Notes under the pieces: model-generated
Told to the model about the DNA's origin: nothing
The model's input: only the letters and a program-made list of their open reading frames with translations
Database searches by the model: none
NCBI GenBank assembly: GCA_000708835.1
Contig: DF237004.1
Location: 7,480-71,479, forward strand
DNA from: Klebsormidium nitens
Lineage: Eukaryota; Plantae; Klebsormidiophyceae
DNA length: 64,000 nt
Direction of reading: 5' to 3'
Shown here: in pieces, positions 35,904-64,000 of the stretch
How the letters are laid out: every line of letters starts with the position of its first letter
How positions within the stretch are numbered: the first letter of the stretch is position 1
Program-made: the position numbers and the translations under genes

Positions 35904-38900
35904 CTACTCAGGCTTCCTCGCAGTCAAGAATATGTGCAACCTGTTGGTGTTCTGTGTGTATTCTACAAACCCGCACCTCGTCAGCAAGTCCCTGAGCTCA
36001 GGCTCCGTGAAGGGACGCACTGGCAGGGCCTGTACAAGCGGAGGGGCGGAACGAAATTCAGCGTATCGTACATGGCGGAAGTTCGTTATCTAAACCCCTC
36101 TTCCTGACGAAAAGGTCGCTCGCGCTTTGCTGCCAACGTTTGAACCGACCGCTCAAACCGGCTGCTTCCGGCCAAACGGACAAGCCCTAAGCACTTCCAC
36201 CGGTCACCCAACCCGACCTGCCACCTTAGCCCAGCCTTAACCACCCGGCCACCCGACCCGACCCCTGACCTCACCCCTTAACTTTACCCCCGCCAGACCC
36301 TTTTCATTCCCCGGGCCTATCAATCGGCCTTTCTAACAGACAGAATGATGAACTGCCGGTTCCGTGTGCAACAGAAGTCGACGAGGCCGCAAGCGCGGGC
36401 CAAGTCTCGGAGCTCGTCCTCCTTCCACTGCCTGTACGCCGAGTTCGGCCCAAACGTCTGCAGGCAGACACGTGGCTACGCTCAGAGTCCACTACGTGGC
36501 AGGCGGNNNNNNNNNNNNNNNNNNNNNNNNNNNNNNNNNNNNNNNNNNNNNNNNNNNNNNNNNNNNNNNNNNNNNNNNNNNNNNNNNNNNNNNNNNNNNN
36601 NNNNNNNNNNNNNNNNNNNNNNNNNNNNNNNNNNNNNNNNNNNNNNNNNNNNNNNNNNNNNNNNNNNNNNNNNNNNNNNNNNNNNNNNNNNNNNNNNNNN
36701 NNNNNNNNNNNNNNNNNNNNNNNNNNNNNNNNNNNNNNNNNNNNNNNNNNNNNNNNNNNNNNNNNNNNNNNNNNNNNNNNNNNNNNNNNNNNNNNNNNNN
36801 NNNNNNNNNNNNNNNNNNNNNNNNNNNNNNNNNNNNNNNNNNNNNNNNNNNNNNNNNNNNNNNNNNNNNNNNNNNNNNNNNNNNNNNNNNNNNNNNNNNN
36901 NNNNNNNNNNNNNNNNNNNNNNNNNNNNNNNNNNNNNNNNNNNNNNNNNNNNNNNNNNNNNNNNNNNNNNNNNNNNNNNNNNNNNNNNNNNNNNNNNNNN
37001 NNNNNNNNNNNNNNNNNNNNNNNNNNNNNNNNNNNNNNNNNNNNNNNNNNNNNNNNNNNNNNNNNNNNNNNNNNNNNNNNNNNNNNNNNNNNNNNNNNNN
37101 NNNNNNNNNNNNNNNNNNNNNNNNNNNNNNNNCCGAAGAGTTGACACTGCTTGCTCCTGCTGACCGGTGCAAACCCCGCACAACCGTCCAACAAAGAGCT
37201 GAACTTCCACACGGTACAAAAAGAAAGGCTTTGGAGTGATCTGCTTACGCGGCTCAACGTGACTCGCCCTTGTCTGGTTGCAAACCCAAAACGTCCCACG
37301 TTCCAACAGCAGCTGCCTGACACCTTTTGGGAGTTGCCCAAGTTCGCGAGACTTACGATACATGAACATTTCAGGAGTGACTATTTCGAAACCAGAACCC
37401 TAAGACCTTGAAATCGTCAAAGCCTCAAAACCTTATAAGCCACTGAAGGTGACAAGCCAGCCCGTTTCCCAAGCGTTACACTGGATTGCAAAGAAACCCA
37501 CAGAACGCGCGACAAATGAAGAAGGCGACGACAAACTAGAGGCGCGGTAATGTTGAGCCCACCTGGCGGGCTTGCCGTGCAAGCGGGCTGGGGATGGGGG
37601 CACGGGGCGCCAAGAAAGTACTCGCAACGAAGACGCCCCCAGGTCGTAGAACTCGGCTGATCTCCGCTACCTGCCGACCGCAAAAGACCGCATGAGTAAT
37701 CAGATTGCCACTAACTCCGTGGAAAAGCAGAATTAGAGGACGCACACACGTGACTTGCTCTGCAGATTTTAAAGGAGACTCCGCTTCACTGTCAACCTAC
37801 CCGCTCGGCAAAACGCAAAGGAGTCTCCGATGTCGAAATTCTATTCCCAAAACCTCCATGCTTACTTTTCAGCAAGGCAACCCCTCATAACATGCTAACT
37901 ACGCCAAGCAGCCAGGGCCGATAGCCCGGGGTCCAGTGAACCAGTTTTCTTAACCTAGAGGGTCCTAGACCACGTCTTCGTTCGGCTACAGAGTAATACA
38001 CTCAACCGGACACTCAACCGTCCAGATCTTTCCAACATGCGAAGTCGAACCCCCTGACTAGGAACAGGCTTCCCAGGACGTGACTTACTGCTGAGCTGGG
38101 TGACGGCCAGCAATGAAGCGCGGCCCCCGCGTGCACTCCGTCAATCGATCCCGTCTCAAAGGGCAGCCGCCCGACGTCTGCTCGGACCAGCGCAAGGTTT
38201 CTGCGGCAGCATGATAAGAGTGGTTCAGAGTCTGGGAGTCGTCCGTTCTGACCGATTTCAGTCTGATCGCTTTGAGTATTTCCCGACAAACAAACAGTCG
38301 GGCAACACCTCGGCTAGCGCCAAGTCGGCTGGAGTCTGATCTTCGAACAGAAGCTATCCACAGAGAGAGTTTGATCGCTTGCTCGTACATCCGACTATCA
38401 AGTGTCCGTAGCCGTGCCCCAAGTTCGCGTTCCAATTGGAGAAGTCTCGCGTCTAGTTTGAGCAGACCTAGGCTTCATCAAGCCCCTGGCTCCTTGTGAA
38501 TAGAGTCCCGCATCCTCCACGAAGTGGAAACTGCCGCGTGTCCGTTTGTTCAACTAGCATGGGCGCAAAACTCACGCGTCGTCGAGCGTCCGGTCCTGGC
38601 GAATGAAGTCGCGCGTTTGTACGAGCATGCTTTCCGAAAAGTCGGAGCCGATGACGGCAGAGTACTTTCCGCTCGAAGCGAAGCGACGCGTAAAGAGCCC
38701 GCTGCCGCAGCTGACGTCAAGGAGGACGCCGCCGGCCGCAGGCTCAAGGTAGCGCTGCGCCATTACGAACTGCAAGGAGACGGTTGCGGGAATATTGATA
38801 AGCGGACTATAACGAAGCTCTCGGACTGGTTTATGCTTTGTAGAGGGTTGTGAAGAAAGAAATAATGAAAAGGAGGTAGCGCTGCGCCATCACAAACTGC

Positions 38901-41571
38901 AAGGAGACGGTATTAAACAAGTCCTCCGCGGAGCTCGACGAAGCTCTAGGTTTGTTCTACAAATGTGTCCGAGCACGGAAGTTCTATCTGCGCCGTCGCA
39001 AAGGTTTCGGGAGAAGTAAGTAGCCTGGGTTGAGAAACACTTTGAAGTGATCTATGTTCTGTCGAAAATTCAGTGGAAGAAAGACAGGGAGGAAACACGA
39101 GATGCTAAGCCAGTAGGAGCTTCGATGCGTCATTGAGGTGCAGAAAAAACAAACTGCCGAAGAAGAGAGTCGACTTGACTCAATTGAGAAGCGCAATTCT
39201 GAAAAGCATAACCTGGTAAAACGGAGGGGCAAACACACCTCGCTATACGGTCCCAAGCAAACAAACAACTTATTTGTGGAATGGTGGGAGGAACAATCTT
39301 AACCTTGTGACTTAAGTCGACACAGCTCAACTCCTTCCAGCAAACCGAAAGATCCAACAACCTACTAGAATAGCAAGCAAAGACACGAACAAACACCGTC
39401 TCATGACAAGAAAAAGAGAGAGTGAGGGGAAATTTTAGCCCCAGAAAAAAGAAAAAGAATCGATTAATAGGGAAAAGGATTAGAGAGAGATAAAAGATTA
39501 CACACAGGAGGTAGAAAAAACCACGAAAGAAGATACGTATTCTCTCGAAAGAAGTGACGACCTTCAAAAAAGAACGGAAAAAAAAGAAAGAAAGCTAAAC
39601 ATGTCAATCATTCCTGTGCGCACCTCTTGATCCACTCCTGGGAAGCCCGCCTGCGCAAAGCCCTGCCGCCAGCCACGCTCGTACACAAAGCTCACCAACG
39701 GATTCCTGCGGAGTGCACAAGGCACAACATCTCTCTCATGTGGTACTTTGAACTCAGCGCCGATCCCAGCTCCATATAGACTCCAATAAGGCCACACTCT
39801 AAAAAGCCCCTCTTGAACAGCAACGTCTTTGCTTCAGACAAAGGGTGCTCCCTCGAACGAAACTCAAAGCCGGCTCAAAGCGGGCTCTTAAGGACATGTC
39901 TACTGTCACCAATTGCCTGAGCTTGCTCCACCCTAGTTGCTCGCAAAGAGGATAATAAGCGCAGGGACTTGAATGACCGACAACACCCAGACACCGAAGA
40001 AAGCCTTGTTCCCGCAGACGCCAGTCTCAACAGCCTCCTATCTTTCCTCTCAGAACGCCAAACTTAACAGCCTCCTTTCTACTCACCTGAAAATCTGTGT
40101 GCCTGGTGGTAGGAAGTCTGCATACTCCTGCGCTCCTTCCAGGACGGTCAGGTCTGCGTAGCCCTGCTTGCCAGGAAAGGAGCGCTTGCAGCGAGGGCAC
40201 TCAAACCGGGAGGCGTCCACGGCAGCTCTGCAGAGTCAGACCTTGTTTCGAGTCTGTTTAATTATTTCACCACAGACCTTGTTCTGAGTCTCGGTGATTA
40301 GACTTGTGAACCTTATTCTAAGTCTGTTTGGTGGTTACGCTGATGACCCAAAAAGAAGGGGGGGAAAACCAATCCGACACGTTCTGTGAACCAACCTGAC
40401 AAGACCGTTGTTTGATGCTATCGTGAAACCCCAGCAAAGGGGGGAAGCCCTGTACCACCAAGGGCTCTTGATGAGGTTCTTAAGGCTGGGGTATCTATAG
40501 CAAGTTTGCTCAATCTCGAGCTTTGAAGCTCCGCTGATACACGTAAGACCCAAAGACGTAGCCGAACCCCCACAGAGTGGAAAAATAGACTGACAGCCAG
40601 TCCATTGACAAAATACAAATTCAGAAACGTCCCGGTAGGTAGGAACTGCAAGGCTTACCGGCTGAAACCCTCTGGTCCCCGCCTTTCAATTGGCCCATAG
40701 CAGATGGGGCATGCGAGGTCAATTGTCTTGGGTTTCTGTGCTGCTTCTGTTTCCACCTGGAAGAGAATCCCAATGGTTAAGATAGCAAGCAAAGCAGCTC
40801 ATGGCAGCTCCTGCAACAGAGGAGCTGCTCCTTCTCCAAACCTGACTATCACTCTCAAAGAAACTTCAGACTTTTCTGGACTCAGACAAAGCAGTTCAAG
40901 ATGAGGAAAATGACAGGCATGAAAGGGGTTGGGGTGGAAGCAGTGGGTTCAACAAAGACAGAAAGGTAATCGCTGGTTTCAAGTCCGAATCCAACTCCAT
41001 GGTCTTTCAATCCATACCTGGATTGGACATAATAGCAAAGCCGCAGTTTGAGAAAACTGGTGTGCAAACGACTTCCTCTCAAGAGCAAAGAAATCACGCA
41101 CACAAAATTCCTGTACCTCCTAGAAACATACTTCCCAGGTTATATTTTCTAAGTCCCGCTTAGAAGCAATCGGCAAATGCTTGTAACAACAATCAAGGAT
41201 CGAGGAGGATACATCGGGGGATAGAATCTTTTGGATTCGAACCTCGGCGGGTTGCTAAAAGTCCCGCCTGATAAAAACAAGAATCCTTGGGCCCTTACTT
41301 GGGTTACGACAGACTCCGCTTGAATGTCAATCACTTCGCCTGCAACCACCGCTTGTACCACTCCTCGCCTGGCGCTAGCAGCCTCCTGGGAGAAGGAGTG
41401 TCTGGTTTGACCGCGATGTTTTTGAAAAGTTGCTGGCCATCGGAAGCGGAGCTGCCGGCTGAAATCAGGGACAAACGGGAGGACAGGGTGAGCGCTCTCG
41501 GAGTGGCGGGCGAGAGAGGCCTGGAGAGAAAGGCAAGGGACCAGCTTGCGAGCTGTCAAAGAGAGCGCCAT
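35904..41571 (-). CDS. Plastid SAM-dependent methyltransferase (type 11, At2g41040/At1g78140-like, N-terminal CxxC..CxxC); two alternative last exons
   Basis: Exons 41571-41299 (transit-peptide-like), 40756-40659 (LACPIC), 40227-40087 (FECPRC), 39705-39624 (SFVYERGWRQGF..AGFPG), 38769-38576 (LLDVSCGSGLFTRRF), 38200-38089 (HAGAALHCWPSP), 37670-37563 (EISRVLRPGGVFVASTF). Last exon is 36457-36320 or 36029-35904. Confidence 0.9.
36507..37132. other. Assembly gap (626 N) in the last intron of the methyltransferase
   Basis: Run of n characters. Confidence 0.99.
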
Positions 41572-42281
41572 GTCTTCTTCGAAAAGCTTAATCTCAGCGG
41601 GCAGTTCAACAAAGAGCAATCCAACTAGTGGCCCCCAGATGAGCGCTGCAGAGTGATCACAATTGCCCCCTTGCTGGATGCGAACCCTAATGTGAGGAGA
41701 GGTACCATCCACATACCGTCGATCAGCATGATCGAACGGCCGCGTCGAACACACGTTCGCCATTGTAAAACGTCGCCCCCCTGCTTGTGAATCCACCAGC
41801 GCGGAGGCAACTAGAGGAAGGAATGCGGGAAGCGAAGGAGAAAGGTCGAGTTTACAACTTGGAAACCTCATCGACGGTCAAGGTTCTCTTGTTAATTCCC
41901 GCCATATTGTATGAGGAGCGACATAAGGCCTCTTCTATAACATGCAGCATGCCGCTTTTGGTGCTCAAGGGTCGCCGTGTTCTCCAAAAGGGACTGGGGG
42001 CAGGACTCTTCACGATATCGGACCGTCCGTTGGGCCATTTTGGAGATTGTCCCTGGTGCTGATCAATCTACCTAGGTAGTAGCTGCTTGCCTGTAACACT
42101 GATGTCAACAGGCTGTGTAGGATCCTCTTCCTTCGTCTCTCCTTCGAAACCGTAAACGTAAAGCAGTTCACGAAAACAGGGGTCCTCAACTGGATAGGGG
42201 GAAGGCAGGATCAGCCTGTTGTACATTTGCTGCTTTAAGGTCTAGCTAGAGCGCTGAATACACCTTGAAAGCGCCGGAAGG

Positions 42282-53630
<11,349 letters not shown>

Positions 53631-54832
53631 AGCGGCCGCAGAGTAGTATGAACCTCCGTTGACCGTCCATTGGCGCTAAGCGACTCCCATTAAATGTATA
53701 TGGTGACCATGTTGAATCCGAGGTGGCAACCAGATGTATGAAGCATCCTCAGCGCTCACGTGACGCTCCATCCCCTTTCTGGTCGTGTGATAGGCCTTTT
53801 GCGCTTAGGTGGGAGGCTGCAAGATCCCAAAACCTCGGGTCGGATTTCACGTCTCCCGTTTTAACGGATCCTAGTACCTTTTTATATTAGTAATAGCACC
53901 ATTTTATATTTGTAATAGCATCATCCTATATGCTTGATGATATCTCAAATTGGACAATCTTGTCGTGCATGGTTAATCACGGTTCGTGCCTCACAACAAA
54001 TTTCATGCAGCACGAGTCTTTGCAGTCACCCTCAAAGAGTTCGTCCATGGGACGGTCTTGCGCAAAGCGCGGGGGCCAATGTTGTCATGAGTGCAGCGAT
54101 GGATTCACGCACATGATATTGCAAGCATCCAGTACAACACATCAATACCTGTATAACATCGACGTCGGAAAGCTAGAGTCTTCAATTGTTCGTGGAAGCA
54201 GCCTTGACAAAATCAATACTCTATAACTGCAGCTCCCGAGTCCGTTGCTAAGTTCATTCTTGGTCAGATCAGGTACATGCAGTGTCCGGTCTCGGTACGC
54301 CTTTAGGTTTAGCTGGCCGGGCACGACATTCAATCTAGTGCGGGGGGTAAAACCTGCAGACTAATATTAACAGGCGTCAACTTCATCCGTAAGAAACGTA
54401 ACGGTGCGGTACCGTACCGCCTCTCAATGCCCGAAGAAGCCTGAATGCGATCATCGATGTACATACTAGGTACCTACATTGTAACTTTAGCAGTGTACTG
54501 TGCTCAGGTACCGCAGTACTAACCGGCCGGTTTTTGTTCAATGCCTTTTATTCCGGTCACCTCTGATATATAAGTGTCAAAATGCAGCGCAGATGGAATC
54601 GGCACAACGCTTGGCACCAACTGAGAAATCTGCATGCCACTGCCCGGTGTACACTTTTGTGCCCGGAAGCTCCGGGTCGCGCACCTCGATCTTGGACGCA
54701 ATCTCTCACGCTTGAAATAGGTATCTGGAATGGTCCACTTTTGCCGCACTTCTACCAGCAAAGTCGCCCTTCTGCAAGCAAAGAGCACCTTCCCTGTCCA
54801 TCTCCTTCCCTGCTCAGGCCTTACCTGTTGCA

Positions 54833-57031
54833 ATGGCTGCTTCGACCAGCGCCACGAAGGTGAAGCTCAAGAGTTCCGACGATGAGATGTTTGAGGTGGA
54901 CGAGGCGGTCGCTCATGAGTCGCAGACCATCAAGAATATGATTGAGGGTGAGCGGACTGTTTGTCAACGTATCTTTTGCGTCACCGCCCTACAATCCTCT
55001 ATGCTTCTGACGTCTAAAGCAGAACTTTACAGCTCATACCGGAGAGGTTTTTGTTCATGCTGAGCCTTTCCTCTGAATCTCGAACCATTTGCAGCTAAAG
55101 CACCTTAGCTGCGGTGTGATTGTTGTGCATCTTAAAGCTATCTCATCGGACTCTAACAATCTGCTTTGAATATGCAAAACCTGGGGTCCTGTCATTTTAC
55201 CAGTAAGCTTTTTGCAACTTAACGCTTGACAGAAAGCACCTGCTGTCGTGTCCATTCGACGAACTCTTTTTATTCTGGTAATCCTTTTTGTCAAGTGACT
55301 TTTTCTCATCGGGACATCAGAGCGTTTTTGCAATCAACAAGCGCTGCGGCAGAAAAACCTGTGGGAATCATTCAAGCTATCTTCAGAGCTTCAGTTTGAC
55401 AGTGACTTTATCTCGCTCGATCTGCAACACCAGTTCCGATCAATTGTTATGCATCTGTATAGTTTGCAACATCACAATTGTTCAACTATGATGCATCTGC
55501 GACGTTTGGGTATTCAAAAACTTGTTGAAACCCTGCAGATACTGGCGTCGACGCTCCCATCCCCCTTCCCAACGTCTCAAGCAAAATCTTGGCCAAGGTC
55601 ATTGAGTACTGCAGATACCATGTTGATGCGGCAAAGACTACCGATGACAAACCGGCGGTTGGGGAGGAAGATGTGAAGACTTGGGATGCAGAGTTTGTGA
55701 AAGTCGAGCAGAGCGTCCTTTTTGATCTCATCTTGGTAAGTGCCGATGTGGGATTGCGTTGCTCAGGGTGTTTGCGGTGTTTTGACCTACCGCGCACAAC
55801 AAAGTTGTACAAAGGCATATCTGATCTGCGTGTCTTATCCTTTTTTGCCCTTAATAAATGGTCGAAGCACCAGATTAGAATGGCATTGAGTTTCCATTTT
55901 TTCCTTTGAGAATCCGAGAACTAATGAGTTTGTTTGGTCTCTAATCTAGGGTTCTCTTTCTTTCAACACAGGAGTTGAAGCACTTGTTGGGGGCGTTTGA
56001 TTAACAACACCTTGTACATTTTTTGCATTTGAACTCACGATTGGGGGCCTGAGCAAGTTTGTTCCTGGGGCTTCCTAATCTGTCAAGCAAGTCAGTGCGT
56101 GTACGTTAACCAAGGGTTTTGTTGTCTCTGCAGGCTGCTAACTACCTGAACATCAAAAACCTTCTAGATCTGACGTGCCAGACCGTTGCGGACATGATCA
56201 AGGGTAAGTTGGCAGACTCAATGCAGCGAGCTCATTTTAGCCCTCTTCCTCAATCGCATCGCTGTGAGAGTGGTGCAAATGTGTCTTGTTGGTAGTCTTA
56301 AGTGAGTCAGGTTGAGTTTCAGAACAAACATGTGAAGAAGCTGCTCAAGTCATTTGTGACAAAGTTTGGTTGGGAAAAGTGAGGTCCTGGCACTTGCATT
56401 CAGTCCCAGCCAGTTCATTCCTGATGTAGAGGAAGCATGGGTTTGTTGTTGACAATTTTGCAATTTTTGTTTAAGAGCCAGGAAGATTGCCTCAGCATTA
56501 AGTGCAGAAAAGGATTGGTCTTTGATTGGTTGTAGCCATGCCATGTAGGTACATGCTGGACAGCAGGTGGATTATTGAGTCTCAACTTTATTGTGATGCT
56601 TGCAGGAAAGACGCCAGAGGAGATTCGGAAGACATTCAACATCAAAAACGATTTCACGCCAGAGGAAGAGGAGGACGTGAGGAGGGAAAACCAATGGTGA
56701 GCAACTTCGATTCCTCTTCTTGTTCCAGCTTTATTGTTGCAGATATTGCTTCTCTTTGCCTGTCTGCTCCTCACTTAGGAGATGAGACAAGGTACGCTGT
56801 TTTGAGTCCGTTCTAAGAAGGTAGCAGGGCAATGTTCTTTTGGCAAGGTTTTAAGAACTTAAAAAGGCATCGGAAGAATGCACAAGTTTTTAAAGATTGA
56901 GCAATTTTCATGAATCCATCAAACACTTCAGCGTCCGTCTTCAACACCGGATTTGTGGCCGTCAAGTTGTTGAACACCGAATTGCTTCAAGTAACACGGT
57001 GTGTATTCTCCCTTACAGGGCTTTCGAGTAA
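54833..57031 (+). CDS. SKP1: SKP1/ASK SCF ubiquitin-ligase subunit, 5 exons, ~157 aa
   Basis: Exons 54833-54947, 55539-55735, 56134-56203, 56606-56696, 57019-57031. Motifs [75 protein letters not shown]. Confidence 0.96.
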
Positions 57032-58085
57032 GTTGTCGGACGTCTCAGCAAAGATCCCTCATTGAACTTGTAAATTGGTCCAATCTTTTGCATGAGAGAA
57101 CTTTGCAATCAGAGTCGAGGAACAGAAGTGCCTCAGAAGTCATACTGAAGCTACCAGAAATGATGAGGATAGGTCAGTTTGTGTCTTGAACTTCCAAAGA
57201 ACCATTTTAGACTTTGATGAATATTTGGATCCTGCTTCCAGGCAAGGCTTTTTGCCGCCATGGAAAGATGCTCGTCAGGTCACATCTGGGATGCATCTTA
57301 TCAAACGGTCATAACTCGAATCATTTGAACTTGGAAAGTATCCACGATGTTTGGTAGTCAAGGGCAATGCAAGACCTTGATAATCCTGCCATGGTAAATT
57401 TAGGTGTTGAGGATGTTTCGACATGCGACTCGGATTGTGGCATGCATTTACACGACTGTTAAAGCACGCCAATCAACAGAGCAATGCCATGTGAGAACTT
57501 ACCATGCGGAACATGATAAGTCTATCTCTAAAAAGCTTAGGTTGTGTCGTCGTTAATTAGCCTTGCTTCAATTCACATAGGATTGCTTCTACGGCTCACA
57601 AAACTAACTACGAGGAACTTGTACCCGTACTAACCGGTAAAACGGTCGGTTGTGAAATGAAATCATGCCAGATCTATGCGATGACATGGCACTCAGTGCA
57701 GTGGATGCGTGGATATTTACCATTGCACATACGATCTGATATAACGCTGCACCGTGTCCATCCAATGTGCTTAAGCGGCAGCCAGGCGCGCATGCGCCGC
57801 ATTTAAAGATCGATATGGTAAACAAATTGCAAAAACCATGTATGCAGTGAACTCCTGGTTCAATTTGTCAGAACACTAGCGCTCGGCCAGATCGACATGC
57901 ACGCGGTTCAGTACCAGATCTGACATGCATGAGCACTTCAATACCGCAGAGTTCAGCACCGGACCTCACAATCTCGATTGGAAGCGTGACCTCTGAACCT
58001 TGCAACATGCGGAAGCGGGTTCGATACCTCGCAAACAACGGCGTGAAAGTGCAACGTTCCCCGAATGACACCACCAGTACCTAGC

Positions 58086-64000
<5,915 letters not shown>

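Noticed and set aside
36304-37369. Long ORFs of 229-345 aa in the ORF track
   Set aside because: Artefacts of translating the N gap.
41572-41871. Upstream in-frame extension of methyltransferase exon 1
   Set aside because: Lies in the shared promoter with ISWI; the MALSLTARK start already gives a typical transit peptide.

Overview
Intron-rich eukaryotic genomic DNA. Gene content, GC3-rich exons, introns of a few hundred bases and an N-gap suggest a streptophyte green alga such as Klebsormidium (inference). Exon structures were rebuilt by hand from splice signals and family similarity recalled from memory; no searches were run. Genes in order: aldo-keto reductase (-), Nu/Ure2p-like GST (+), MYND zinc-finger protein (+), TMEM147 (-), eEF1B (+), an 8.6-kb TIR DNA transposon, a MYND pseudogene (-), a plastid SAM-methyltransferase (-), ISWI remodeller (+), SKP1 (+), and the 3' part of an ATAD1/spastin-like AAA ATPase (-). 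A 265-bp MITE lies between the AKR and GST starts. Three observations stand out. (1) The transposon encodes a spliced Zator/TP36-type DDE transposase with a 9-Cys CXC module and a homeodomain-like tail, preceded by an SH3-domain ORF that may be spliced to it. (2) The methyltransferase has two intact, homologous, strongly diverged alternative last exons. (3) About 14 intronic tandem copies of exon edges occur across four genes; most keep their GT/AG and repeat at roughly 110-170 bp.
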